The notes under the pieces are model-generated. The model saw only the letters and a program-made list of their open reading frames with translations. It made no database searches and was not told where the DNA came from. Below are positions 28,682-42,800 of a DNA stretch of 64,000 nt, piece after piece. Each line of letters opens with the position of its first letter. The first letter of the stretch is position 1. The position numbers and the translations under genes were made by a program. The stretch is from contig OZ281500.1 of the NCBI GenBank assembly GCA_965637545.1, forward strand, positions 3,286,001 to 3,350,000, in the 5' to 3' direction. The DNA comes from Phallusia mammillata. Its lineage: Eukaryota.

Positions 28682-28974
28682 AACTTTATTACTGTTCAAG
28701 TGCTGTAATCTTCAATACAGAGAGTTGAACTTCATTCTGTTTGTTTATTCTCTTAACATTACTAAATATAGTAACAAAATTTAACACCTTACACACGTCA
28801 AGAAAAATGCTTCATAAACACAACCAAAACCATTGATGTGTAGATAAAAACCAATTTTTCAGCCTATATTCACATGAAAATTTCCTTTTGCACATTAAAA
28901 CTTATTTGTGAAAAGGCCACACCTCACACCACACATTTTTTTATTTTTTATAGAACTTAGTTTTTGAATCCTTA

Positions 28975-29467
28975 GGCCCCATCCACACTGCTTGCACGAT
29001 CTTTGTTTATTAATGTTTTGTCCGCAGGCGGCGCGAGATTGATCTCATGCTGCGTGCGTCGCTCGCAGCCGAATTGAAAATCCATTGTTCGGGCTGCGCG
29101 TGCAGGGAAAAGTGAACGAATTTGCTACGCAGGGGTTGAGCCACATGGTGTTTATGTTAGTAAAACTGCATATTTTTGGTCTTTGATATATTTTGTGTAT
29201 CCCAAACGATGTTACATAAATACCAGATAATGTTTAAACTCGTTATGTTGTGCTAGCTAGTGATCACAGACCAGCAAATATATAGCAATGAGTAATAAAG
29301 CAAATATTATTCAGGAAAAATTATGTTTAATAATCTTATGCGGGATTTCATATCATTTAGTCTTGACAAAATGTTAGCAGTCAACCAAGCATGAAGTGGA
29401 CAATGTGGTCAACGCCGACGCAATTCCAAGCCAAGCGAGCGAGCAATTAACCAGTGTGAATCGGGCC
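28975..29467. mobile_element. TIR DNA-transposon MITE, PIF/Harbinger-like
   Basis: Ends ggccccatccacactg / cagtgtgaatcgggcc (2 mismatches in 16); flanked by tta and taa (TWA-like but not identical, so TA is an alternative TSD). Confidence 0.6.
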
Positions 29468-30765
29468 TAAGGTAGCAATTTAATGCAAATCTTACGATTC
29501 AAGCAAAAGGCGCCGCAGACAATTTGATCACGTGATATCATGCAACACTGGTTTTAGCGATATTTTTTAACCAAGAATCATTTTTTGTGTTTATCCAGAT
29601 AAAAGCAGTGTAAAAAATCAGTTGTTTCACAGATACAGATAGTTCTTATGTTTTTGGAAATTTGTTGACGAGAAATGTCAATTTTAAGCAGATTTTTTCA
29701 AACAGAACATTTTCCATGTCCAAAAAGTCAAATTTAATTTTTACAACGCGGGCATTGACTAAGTAGGGTTATAGTCAATTGGTGGGAGTACAACACAGCA
29801 AGTTTGTCCAATGAACAAGATATAAATGCTCGCACTTGCGTTACTTTAGAATACCAAGATACATGAATATTTTATACCCTGGTTAACCTGACAGGATCTG
29901 GAAGAGACAATAATGTATGATAACCATGTTGCGTTGTACGCACCTGAGGTTATTCTTTACGTCTGAAGATGTTTTTATTTCCAAAAGTATACCCTAGGCA
30001 AAGGTACTGTAAAAAGATATGATGTCACATTTAAGTACCTCAAAAGAAAGCTACGCAGCAGGCTCGCTAGGGAATAAACCTGGTAACTTTCCATCAGAAA
30101 GGTCTCGTCTGCTTAGAGTTTTCGTATGTATCACAATGGTTTTATCACAGCGTTATTTTTACACACAGTTGTAAAGCACAATGGCTATAGTGCAGTTACT
30201 AGGGAAACACTTTGACAAAAAACAAACAATATAAGCGTTATGGCTGGTGGATGCTATTTATGTCAGTTGTATTTATGGCTACAAAATCAATGGGACCTCA
30301 CTTTTCTTCAGTAGGCATAAATGTGGTGAATCAGTTGCCCACATTAAAAAGGAAGTTGCCTGCAGAACGTAATTCGTCATCGACATTACGTATTCACGCT
30401 ACGATTGGTGTTTATACGGAAGCCTGAGTAATATGTGTTGAACATGCGTTGAAGGGTTCTTGGTGATAAGACGTTAAGTTAAACTTATTTTCAGCATTTG
30501 CTGGTTTAAATCGAGATACTTTAAGCAAAAGTCAGATGCAAATGTGTCAGCATGCAAATAAAATTTTCATTATGTAATACAGTAAACTTATTGCGACCTG
30601 GAATACAGTGAAGTTGATCAGTAGAGTAGCTGGTGTTTCACTGGCCTCGTTAACGACAAGGAATACAGGCCTAGTTTGATTTGCAAAACAAGGAGCCAAC
30701 AGTTCCAAAATATTTTAAAAAAATTCTGAAAAAAAAGCGATATTTACTGTTTCTCTCATAGGATA

Positions 30766-33372
30766 ATGGTTGAACTCAGGGACTCCACCGTATGGGACTA
30801 CTTGCGATTTGTAATCAGTTTTGTTTTGTTATTGTTTTCTACGGTCGTAACTATCTACGCGATTGTCAATGGCAACACAGGATTTTGGAAGAGCGTTCCA
30901 GGTCCAGTGGCCCTGCTACTGTTTTTTATCTGCTTACTGCTGCTGGGCATTGTAGAAGGTAAGCCGACATAGCCTAATGCATAATACAATGGAATCTGGC
31001 AGGAGAGTAATTTTGATTATTGTAGGACTTCAGATATCATTGGTTGAATTGAAACGGCAACATCCAGATTCATACAAAAATACTCACAAACGATCGTATC
31101 AACTAGCTCAAATTGCCAACTCAAAAGACAATGTAGAGCGATTTTTAATGGGAAGACAGGTACATAGACTGTAAAAAAGTTAGTTACCTACTAACCTGCC
31201 TTTCTTGGTTTAAAGCAGGGAGTCGAACCGGAACTGAACCCGAACCCGCAAACCGGTTTGAGCGGTTAATTTCATTAAACCCGAACCGCTAATTACGATT
31301 TCCTAAAAACCCGAACCGGAGTTGAACCCCATATTTTGTTTGGCGTTGGACCCGAACCGAAACCGAACCAGTAAAAAATGCAGTCTGTTTTATATTTGGT
31401 GATTTTTTTTCGAAACAGCGTACTAAAGAATACAGGAGATAACACTTACAGGACGTGTCAAAAATAACAGTGCACGGGCAAATTTCTTTGGATTTTGATA
31501 AGGCCAAGCAGATGATGGGTAGGATTAAATTAAAACGAACAAAAATTTAAACCGGTTTAAAAACCGCAAACCGGTTTGGATCGGATGATTTGCCCGAACC
31601 GGAACAAAACCCGAACCCGAAAATATACATTTTCAAAAACCTGAACCGAACCCGAACCCTTAAAAACAAAACCAAGTGAACCCGAACCGAACCTGAACCC
31701 ATATGACAAGCGGTTCGACTCCCTGGTTTAAAGGGTTCTTAACTAATCATGTGTGTTGCAGTAAATCAAACTAATACTTTTTCTCAGGTCTTGGTTGTGT
31801 TCTTAGTCTTCTTTATTGCCAAGCTTACCACAATATCCCTACAGAACTTGGAAACAGACTTTTTCTTTCATGTTCCAAATTGGTTGTATGTAAGTACTAA
31901 GGTCATATTTCTGCTCCTTGAAGTGCAACTGTTATATTTTCAAGTAAAAAAAAAACAATTGGACATTATAAGAGTCTTATAACAGATAAGCTGAGTTTGC
32001 AACAAATATTTACCCAAAATGAAACTTGATCAAAAAATACATACACTGTAGTAACTGTGCAGTGAATCACTCTTAAATTTATGTCTATAAAAACACAAAT
32101 TCACATTCATTTACACTTTTTCACACAGATAATGCCTTCCAGTGTTTATGTCAAATTAATTCTATTTTCAATAAGCTTATTGTACGTAGTGTTAAACATA
32201 ACTTTAATAATCTTCTATAAAAAAAACTTCCGGTTTATAAAGTCATGTTACTGCAGTATTTAAACCAGCAACTGGTGCACATTTTGAATCTATATTAATA
32301 TTGTATTTTTTAATGTTTAGTCAAGCCTTTTGGAAACTGGATTTCTTACCTGTATTCTGGTTGTAATAGTTAGCCAGTTGATGCCACAAATTGTTGCAGC
32401 AAAATATCCAGTCCACTTTCTTAATATGAGAATCATGTACTTTTTTTACCATGTATGTACTTTTATTGAAGCCACTGGGCTTACACATGCCTGTTGGGTG
32501 CTGTCTTATTTGCTTGGAAAAATTGCAGGTACATACAAAATATTTTTGGCTCTGTAATAAAAACATAACAAAATTTATATTATTATTAATGCATAGAATC
32601 ATTTTGTGATTCTTTTTTTGAAAAAGGCGTTACTAGATCTGCCAACAAAGGGTGTATGTGATTTGTTTGTTTTACTTTAAAGGAATGGCAAGTGAGGAAA
32701 TTTACTTTAAAAAAACTCTATCTGAATCTGATGATACAGATCTCAAGTCACAGGTAATAATACCTTTTTATTGGTGTAGTGATTACAAATTTGGTGCCCA
32801 CTTCTATTTCCAGATTTCCTCAATTGATAAATCACAAACAACAGAAGACATGATGCAAATTTTGGTTAAAACAGTTGATGTTGAGATCAGCGAAGAAAAA
32901 CAAACATTGTTGAGATGTTATTTAAATCAGCATCCTGAGCATTTCTACTCTTTTCCAAGTGTCATAGGGGACAAAGTAAATTGCCATATATTTAAATTTA
33001 ATTTTGTACTTACTATTGCTAAACAAATACACACCCAAAAAAGTTTTTAAAAACAAATGCACAACAAAAAAGGGTCTTGATTGACCCCATAATCATGATT
33101 TTAGATTTTAATGTATTACAAACTTAAGGACCAAAATGTCAGAGGCTTAAATTCAACATGTACTGATATTTTGTTGTTTTCAGGTATATGCATCCCCACA
33201 AGAACTAGCAGAAAGGTTCAGAAAAATCAACGTTGAACCACCAACTTTTTTACTTGACATATCAGACCCACAACATATACCCCCACATATAGTGGCCTGT
33301 CAGCTAATGGTTAAAGTTGCTGAGCTTAAATGGCAACTCAACGAGCGTTATAGTCTGCCAGAAGGGGTTTAA
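30766..33372 (+). CDS. SIT-L: Silicon transporter-like (SIT-L) membrane protein, 352 aa
   Basis: Exons 30766-30958, 31026-31159, 31788-31889, 32321-32528, 32683-32753, 32814-32975, 33184-33372 (1059 nt, phases match). LGIVEGLQ (EGXQ) and RFLMGRQ (GRQ) motifs, VSQLMPQIVA, five hydrophobic segments, C-terminal YASPQEL...PPTFLL...IPPHIVA. Confidence 0.88.
31216..31725. mobile_element. hAT-type MITE in SIT-L intron 2
   Basis: Perfect 15-bp TIRs cagggagtcgaaccg / cggttcgactccctg; exact TSD gtttaaag (31208-31215, 31726-31733); many ccgaacc/aaccgg subterminal repeats. Confidence 0.93.
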
Positions 33373-34415
33373 ATTTAATTTTTCCACTAAGACAGCATTT
33401 TTCTGTGTTATCACAATCCTTCTATGATAAAAAACATTTTGATACCTCATTTGTACGCCCCAGCTTATAAACTTTATTATCCAACAGCAATCAACAGCAG
33501 GTTATCAGGGGGCTTACAATCGGGTAATCAGGTTTTGAACAATCCAAAGAATTTTTTTTTATTGTAGTTTGCTTATGATCTTGAACTTTTAACTACAACT
33601 TGTTTAAAACAAGGAAGATTACATTTGCATTCAAATGTACTTTACAGATTTAATAGTGGTACTTTTAACCCTATGGGTTGCATTACCTTTATACACAGTA
33701 TTTGTGTTTTTTACAAAATGCTCTTGGAATACCTGAGCTCTTTCTTAAAGATTTTCCATTTGCACAAACACTGTAAAAATAGTTTACTATTTTTTTAGCA
33801 AATCAGTGTTTTGGGACAAGTATTATCAATCCTTCAACTTTAACATAAAGGCCCTATATTTTGATCACATAAAATACTTTTGACATTAATCAAACATTTG
33901 GTATAGTTGTTCTGTCAATGTATTTTTACATTGTGACACTGTATTCTTACAAATAAATACGTTTTTTATGCCTCACACCTGTTTTTGGCAACTTTTACAC
34001 AATAAAGTTCCGGTCTGGCTTGCTCACCTGATATCATTAAAGAGGCTTTTGGGGGAACAAAAATGTGTTTTGTTATTTAAATGCTCAAAAAAGTGACACA
34101 CTTGGTGCTGTTCTTGTAACATATTAGGATATATTCGCGAAGAAAACATATTGACTTAAAATACATCATGATTTTTAGAAGCCCTGTTGTTAGATTTCTA
34201 ACCACCAGCTTAATTTGATCCTGACAACTGTTGCAATCTATTAAGTTTCTGAAAAAAGTTTTGTTTCTCAGTATGCCTCCTGTGTCATACAATACACCTC
34301 GTTACAAAACAGTACAAAATTTATAAAAAAACAACACTTAAATTCAACAATAAACTTTGTTTGTACTCCCTACGAAGCCGCTGCAGCTTGACCACATACA
34401 CGATTACCTTTGCAG

Positions 34416-37400
34416 TTAGTTTCTGCACCGTTCAGCTTCGGGACTTCCCCACAACATCACAAACACAAGCGGCAGCTGTTGCTCAGTAAGTGACGTCACA
34501 AAATCTTGAGCGTGTTCAGGGGAAAACCCTTCAGGTTCATGAAATTCCAACAACTCAAACCCTGAGTCTTCAAGTTTCCTTAATATTTCCCGCTTATCTC
34601 TGTACTCTTTGATGTCCTGTGATGTTAAGTGACCGAAGAAGTGCGCTTCCACTGTCAATTGTCGCACACACCGATTCGTGCCGGTTTCGACCAGATTTCT
34701 AATGATGTCGAATTCGTACGATTGCGCAGTAGATTCAGCGTCCAATCGAAGAATGTCAACTGTTTTCTAATATATTAAAAGTTTCTGGAAATGTTATGAC
34801 ATTAGTTTACAGTAATGGGTTACCCGTTTAGAAAAAGTAAACCATAAGAAACTTGATCCTTTTATTAAAGATTAAAATAAGATTTTTAAATAAAATTAAA
34901 AACCCAAGCCTTAAGACGTCGTTGGTGACTTTTCATTTGCCCAGGAATTTTAGCTATGGAAGAATTTTTTATACCAATCGCATTCATGACAATCAAAATC
35001 GAATGCTTAGTAGTGATGTACCGAATCGGCGAAATTTCGATTCGGCCGAAACCGAATATTCGGCGGTTTTGCCGAATAAATTCGGCCGAATCAACCGAAT
35101 CATTTATGATGTCACGCGAAGTCGTACGGCACGCGTTTGACATGAAAACATAAGTTTATCTACCAGGCAATTAGTGCAGAATGGTTGTGTTTCGTCCTTA
35201 TTTCAGTTCTGTGGGGTTTAACATTGCCTTAAGCATAATTTCCAACCCGGCAATGAATTACTATTTAGTTGTCTGCAGTGGGGAAAACGATAATGTGGTA
35301 AAAAATATAATAACTGACAGGATTTTCGTTGGTACTAAGCAGGAAAGACACGCTTAACGCTTCGTTCATAAAAGATTCGGTTTCGGCCGAATCGCAACAA
35401 ATTATTCGGCCGAAACCGAATCTTTGCAAAAGTGGCCGATTCGGCCGAATAAATTCGGCAAACCGAATATTCGGTACATCTCTAATGCTTAGTTAGTACT
35501 AAGTACTCCAAAACCAACATCCAGTTTATTTTTTGTTATGTAAGCTTATATCCACGTTAAGCAAATACCCAGCGTTTTTTGGTGACACTTACTCCGTTAT
35601 GTCCGAGTTCAGTCATCATAGAATCAAGTGTACGCATTTTTACCACCCGAAGCCGTTCGAGCTCACTCTTTCCCCATTTGTCTCTGTGTAAGTTATAAAA
35701 CATCATTTCAACACGCATTTATAACTTTCACACTATTCAGACAACACCTGGCTATGATATCGTTTTTGCCTTCTGAGTAGGCTGAATCCGACGTTCTGTT
35801 TCCCAGAGCTTTGCGATGAAACCACACATTTCTTGAATGCCGGTGATCTTTAAAGTCATACATGCTATAAAACATAGAACTGGTTGTTTGTGTCATTATT
35901 ATCGGAAGAGAAGATTTGGACGAGAATGCTTACATGAGACATAAAAACGCTATACAAAACTAAAATTATGAGCATAAATCTGTTACAGGGAAAAGCCCCA
36001 AGCGTTCATGCAGACCACAACAGCACTGCTTATATATAATAACATAATGTTAGGCCTAGATTTTATCGATAAGTCGATCTCTCACACAAACGTGGTTTAA
36101 ACCCAAAAGTACTGTAGTTTAAAATTAAGTACTGTGGACAATCTTAAACTTGTTTTCAAATACATATCGTATCGAAATCATCAACAGGCATCAAGTTTCG
36201 CTTTTGTGAGAAACGACTTTCTGATTATTCCGCCATGAGTTTTATAAGCCGGTCAGAAATTGGGGCTCAGAAGTATACAAGCCCCAAATTGAACTTGGAT
36301 GTTCATAGACTCCTATGGGCCCCGGTGCGACAAACCAGGTGCACGATATTTTTCTTAGTGCTTACTGTGCATCGAAAGCGTGGTTTTCACATCCAAACAG
36401 TTCCGCCATTCCATCCTCAAATCCCCAGTTGTCATTGATTCTAGATTGCAAAACAACGTACGTATGGTATAAATACAATTTTAAAAAACAATCATCTTGT
36501 CTGGATGAATTCTCACCCATAAGAATATACAAGGCATTGGTTTTCCTCGGGCCAAAATTGCCAATCCAAACAAATAGGAAAAGTCCCTTCTACGAAGCTT
36601 TCTCGCGGTGTTTCTTTGCCGATGTAAACCAACTTTTCACAGCGCCTCTGAAACCATAAGTGTAAAGTCACTCGTCTGCACTGTTTTGGTTTAATTGTTT
36701 TCCCGAAACGATTTGCACATAAATCTTTTTATTACGGCTTAAATTTGTACGACAGTCCTTTTGGTTTCACAACAAATTGAAAAACTACATATCTACAAGA
36801 CCATTATCTAGTGCCACTTGAACAAGTACTTGCAGGACGCCAAAAGGCCCATAGAAGCTGTTGTTCGGATCAAATAGATTTAGTCAAGATAACATTTAAC
36901 CTTTAGTTAAATTTAAATGAGGTGATTGTGTGTTATTCTTCTGGTTTGTGGTGCTGTGCTAGTCAGTTTTTTTAGTTCTTTAACTAGTTTTCACTATTTC
37001 GGTGCAGTAAGTACTTTAGTATTTTGCAGATAGTCGTAAAGGCGAACTAATTCCTCTGTCGCATCCTCGTCTTCATTATGTGATATCATGTCGCTGCTTG
37101 CACCAGTAACCCCATCAGAAGTTTTACCTGTGAAAAGTTGAAAATAACCGGTACCTTTGGGTAGTATCGACCAAAGCTTAGAAAAAAACTGGGCTGTACC
37201 TTCGAAAATAGTTGGGTTGGGTTTGGACTGCAAGCTTTCTCCAGCGATGTGAACATCTTCTGACCTACAAACATGACATTTCAACTTTGAACATGAAGGG
37301 TGTTCAAAACGTCCTAAACATTGTACAACTATATCCTATGTTCCCTTTTTCATGCCTTGGGTTTATACCTATCTTGCCGGTGCTCGCTAATCTCCATTTC

Positions 37401-37583
37401 AAAGCTCTCCGCGGTTTGTAAGCTCATTTGCTTGTTAAGGAAATCTGATAAATTTACAAAATTCTTAAATCCAACTTATATCACGAGCACACAAGGATAC
37501 GTGTCAGACTTACGGAAATATCCAGTTCCGACAAAAGTGGCCATAAGAATGTACAGTACCTGCCTTCTTCGACTGTGTCGCAT
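34416..37583 (-). CDS. METTL24-like (Methyltransf_22/FkbM-related) type II membrane protein, 362 aa
   Basis: Exons 37514-37583, 37369-37444, 37200-37264, 37015-37127, 36517-36647, 36366-36440, 35748-35864, 35593-35683, 34416-34766 (1089 nt, all phases match). N-terminal anchor MRHSRRRQVLYILMATFVGTGYF; motifs FPICLD, CLVYSYGINDNWGFE, CENHAFD, VWFHRKALG, TLDSMMTELGH-KTVDILRLDAE, QLTVEAH, LEDSGF. Confidence 0.85.
35011..35484 (-). mobile_element. hAT-type MITE (tagagatgtaccgaat family), copy 2, in the last METTL24-like intron
   Basis: TIRs tagtgatgtaccgaat / attcggtacatctcta; exact TSD atgcttag (35003-35010, 35485-35492); inverted relative to 8425-8936. Confidence 0.92.
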
Positions 37584-39800
37584 TTTTACACTTCAGAGCT
37601 GTTTATTAAACAATTGAATGCATCACTTGAAATTACCTGAAAAATATAACATTGTTATCGAGTTTGCAGAGAGCAATTGCACGAACAAACTAGTGATTAT
37701 CTTACAATCACCAAAATATAAAAAATATTCATACATAATAAAGTTATGTTTTTATCCCCAAACCCACATAAAATCCAAACACAGAAACCAGTGCGTAAAA
37801 CAGTGTAGCAATTTTCCTAAAAAGTGCCGTAAGGAAATAAATGCAAACACAAACGCTTCTTGCTTAGAGAGCTTTAGGTCAAATCAAGTGCTTTTGGCTT
37901 AATCAATGCCTACAGTATCAAACACTGGTTTGAAAGCGCTTGACTCGTCGTTTTCGAAACAAAACTAGTGTGACAGAAAGCCTTTTCAGAAACAAAACGT
38001 GTTTTTCAACAAGATGTCGATACTACTATGCAATAATTTCACAAGCCTACAAAACTGATATATTTTTACTTTTATTGGTGTCAAAACCCTACACCCGTAG
38101 ATTGGTCGAGGTTTAACAGCATTAACTTTAATAACAGAAGGGCCCACATAATATTACTCGGTCATAATCAACGTGTCTGGCTTTGCCTGCAATTGGATTG
38201 AGTGGCCCTTCTGCAACCTTATAGCCGCGTTTTTCTTATCTGTTACTGTGATCGCCCTTCAACGAGATAATGACATTTCGCTGCCTTTCTAACCATAAAT
38301 TCAGCTTCAAGCGCTCCTTTTCGTGTCTGCATTGAACTTCCTAAAATAAAGTCAAACCTTTTTGTCCTTTTATAACAGCCTTAAAGCGAATTCGCGGCAA
38401 AAATGTTGTTTGCGGCCAACAGCAGCTACAAAGTGGCTCACTGAACTTTTGAGGACAGGAATGTATTCGTTTAGCTTTAGGCAAGCGGTTTAGGGTTGCT
38501 TTTGTCGATGCCTTGCGCATTATTGCCGAGAAAAAGCAACGAACCCAGGCAACTGTGCTTCCTCTAGGCTTAGTTTTGTTGCATTTTTAAGTAACTACTA
38601 CAACGCCAAATGCAGGTTTTCATGCAAAAATTCCTATCTTTGTTGTCTTTCTTTAAATACTTCTGCAGTGTGAATTAAAACATTATTTTCGCTGCGCTAC
38701 AGCCCGATTGATGAATTATTTCCATAGTGGTGTTATCACTCTGCTATCGTACTGTAATTAGCCTTTGAAACATTAATCTGATTTCCTTTAGCAACATATT
38801 TGCATGCTGAAACGAAACATGTTGTTTCCAAAACAGCAACGACATTTAAGTAAACTCGAGTACCCTGCAGTATCAAAAACTGCCACAGGGCATCAAGTAC
38901 AAAAGTGTAGCGCCGTGTTTTGATACGATTTTTCCATGTGCTGAAACACGCATCAATCAAACGTTTTGCACAGCTGCTACAAAGAGATTTAAACACGAAA
39001 TCTGTACAGTCATTTAAAACAGCCGAATGATCTATCCAGTTTGCAGGTCCGTCGATCCTCACATTCATTGCGATATTGCATCTCAAGTCTCAAAATAAAT
39101 TGTTGCCCTAAATTGCATTCACATCGGCAAATTGCAAACCGTTTCAGCAGAGCAATTTCAGTAAAAAGTTTATATTCGACAAGAGTTCAAATCCCTAAAT
39201 AATGTTTACGAACAGCGTAACCCTATCTCTTTTGCGATCGTTCTTCCTTTGCCCGCGGCGTACGGAATTTAGGATGATGCATGACACAATATAAATGAAT
39301 AGTGAGGCTCAACATTTAAGTGTCGCCGTTTATGCTCAATGTTCAATTTAATTCCACAGGCATCTGAAACTTCAGCACCTACCAGCGGTGTTTTTAACTC
39401 GCTTGGTATCATGCGTGTAAAATCTATAGAGTGACACCGAAAATTAAATACAGTGCTACCACGTGTTTTTCGCTGAGGGTAAAGATCAGTGTAAAATAAA
39501 TGTATATTTTTCATGTTATAAGGTGTTTTGTTGTCATGTGCATGTTACTTTTTTGTGTTAATTTTATTACAGTGTAAGCTTATAAGGATATGCAGCCGTC
39601 GTTGCAGAATAAAGCTATTCGATTTGCTTCTTTACAATGCGATTTATATAAGAAGTGCTGTATAAGGATTCACAAATCAAGCAAAATAAATATAATACAC
39701 AGCATTAGCATCATGAAAAATTAAAAGCTGGTTTGAACTTAAATCGATAAATCCATTTTCAGTTTGTAAAATCAAAAGATAAGAAGTTCCCACATTTGTT

Positions 39801-42800
39801 TTATTCTTGGATTGGGTTGGTGTATGTTGCAATGAGGGAGTAACAAGCTTTGTACTGATCCTGTAACAAACAAATTCGTCGTTTATTGTTCCTAAAGTCC
39901 TTCAGTTTTTTCATAGTGTTCATACATTGCACAAACTAACACCTAGGCAATATTTTGTAGCACGGACAAAAATAGTTTGTTATTTTTTTCTATTTTTTGG
40001 AAGACACAGCCTGCAGCCAAACGGCCACAAATACAAATTTCGTGCGACATGCGGGCGTGTATAGACTTTAATGCTATTGTTAGATATGCTCTAAAACTCC
40101 TTTTTAGTCAAAAATGATAGGATTCTTTACAGACAAGTTCGACTTCCTAGACGTTTTATTTCGGCTCAGTGGACACACTGTTGGAGGCTATTGAAAAAAA
40201 TTGTGATGCTGCCCAAAAATGTAAAATGAAATAGGCAGAGGAATGTATTATCAACTAAATCAGCGCATTTAATCTAAAACACCAGGCACATAATAATTTA
40301 AACCATTGAAAACTTACCAGCGACAAAGGTACATCAGGCAAAGAGTCAGTAATATCTTTTACTGTTCTAAACACATCGACCATACTTTCCGCTCTGTAGC
40401 GAGACATAAGATTCCAGGCGGCACACAAAAGAACAGACTTGGAAAATCCGGTTCTGTAACAACAAAACAGTTTTTCAATATTACATTGTTGCCTTACTTT
40501 CTTAAGATTCAATAGCAGACGATACTTATACTGGCTACATCAACATACAACTGATAAAACTGCTGCAAAGTGATAACACGCAGCAAAACTAGACATGAGT
40601 GTATGCACCTGGACAGAAATAGCATGCTGCATTCGTTAGTAACCGAATGGTAGGATTCAATCATGGACAGAAAATGGATCATGTTGTAGTCATCAGTTGG
40701 GGTTTCCTGATCAGTCCAAAAGTTAAACTCGACCAGAAATATTTGACGCTAGAAAAAGTTAGAATAATGTACTGTTGTTTGAAGGACAATGGTATGTAAA
40801 CTGTTTAACCAACTTTTTGTTGCTGTTCTTCATTCACAATATATATTCTGGTGACTTTTACGTCTTCATTAATCGTTTCGTCAATAAATTGAAGAGAAAT
40901 GCCACCGTACTGTGCCATTGTGTCGTGTTGGTTGGGCCAAATGGTGGCTTGCTTCAAAAACATGTTATGTTAGAGAAAAAGTTCTAGGCTATTGTGTTTC
41001 ATTGACTGAAACCCAATACGAATCAATCAAACAAGACACAGAAACAATTTGACCATTATACATGTAATAAATGTTAGAAAACAAGTTATACTGTGTCTCC
41101 CTTGAATGAAAATTAAGACAAACAAGCTATAGATGAGAAATTTCGGCTATTATAGCTTACTACTCATATAATTTTCAGGCAAAAACTCATCGTCATTGTA
41201 TTGCTGACTAAAGAAGATGGTTATTTAAGGTTGTTTGCAAGTTAAGTAAACCAAAACAGATTATGGCATAAGGTTGTTTAAGTCAACGTACCATTTGTTG
41301 GTCCACTTGAACGATAAATCGGGTATTTTCTAGCAGCAGCACCCTGAAAAAGGCCTCCATGCCATCGGCGGTTGGTTCGTCTCCAATCATTAAATGGTCA
41401 GCAGGGTTGTAAGACTGAAAAATGGTAAACAATGAACTCACGTTAGCGCTTTATATGTTACAAAGAACAGATACGTTCGCTTCACACCTCAACTTTGTAA
41501 ATTCCGTTTCTTTGTGATCCTGGAGATCCTTCTGGTGATGTGTCTGTAAAATAAGGAACTATTGCTGAAACATTAAACATAAATATAATTAATTCCAAAA
41601 TAACCACCCAAAACCTAAGTTTAGGTCAACTTTGACGCTATATATATTTAGCTTTTAGTCTAATTTCAACTTGCTTTTGGAACTATTTAACAGTATAGCT
41701 TTAGCATTTTCTAAAATGATTAAGCAGCTTGTGTAACGATTTTTTTAAATCAAACAAACACGAATCTTCATCTAAATGGACATAACTTACAATACACTTT
41801 GGCCGGGTTATCGATCTTTACTTGAGAAGTAGTTGATTCACCAAACAAAATACTCAGGTCATTGAACTCTTTACTCATTTCACTGTCATGCTGATATCTA
41901 TAGTAGCAATAGAAACAGTGTCAGTTTCACCATTTTTACGGTCTAAACAAAAACAAAACTGCTAGGGTCTTGTATATGTGCAGTAAATAGAATGTGATAC
42001 ATACATTTAACAATTTCTTAAGCAATTATCAATGCAAAGTGCTCTCGAAGAGTATGTTTTCGGAGCTAGTTGTGTTTAATGTTCTAAATCATTTCAAATA
42101 TAGATCAATTGGTACCTTTTCTGTTGTCCCACTTTCTCGTGTAACTGCTCGAATTGCAGATCGGTTTCATTAAAAGCGACGGTTTCGGCAAGTAGCTTGT
42201 GCATAAATATGTACTGCTCCTGCAAAAATCGTTTGATTGTAGTTCATGGCGCTCTGACACTGCAAGGGATCAAATGCTTACAATGGTTTGAACCATTTCC
42301 ATTCTTTGTTCCCTCATACCAACAACCGCTTTAAAAACATCAATCGAGCCAGTTTCGTTTAATTCCTTCATCAAGTAATCGAAACCAATGAAAGTTCCTG
42401 TTCGTCCAGCTCCAGCACTGTTAAGCAATAATGAAAATAAAAAAAACTCTTCCTGCTGGAAAAGTGTGTCCACCAATTCAAACCTGCAATGTACAACAGT
42501 AGGAACTGTAGTTTGCAGCTCATTTTGCAGTTGGGTTTGATTTTCCTGAACTTCTTTCATATATCTAACCAGACCTGTAGTGGTATGTGGAACGCCATGG
42601 TCGGGCCAAGCAATAAAATGGTATTGCGTGATAAGGTGTTGGTCCTACAAAATAATTTAGGCTAGTCAGTTTCCTCCTAGTTTTAATGACAGTCAAACAT
42701 ACGGAGACGTAGGTACTGTTGATTTCTTCGATAGTCATATGTCGGATGATGTAATTTCCTTTGTGGATGACTTCAACGACGCTAACACTAACCCGCTGAT

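Noticed and set aside
30766-37583. SIT-L and methyltransferase as a functional silicification gene pair
   Set aside because: They are convergent, separately spliced eukaryotic genes; adjacency alone is no evidence, and METTL24-like genes are widespread.
38736-39086. 116-aa minus ORF faintly resembling a TBC/Rab-GAP helix, with possible exons at 38240-38560
   Set aside because: Resemblance is limited to one hydrophobic stretch; no convincing start or exon chain.
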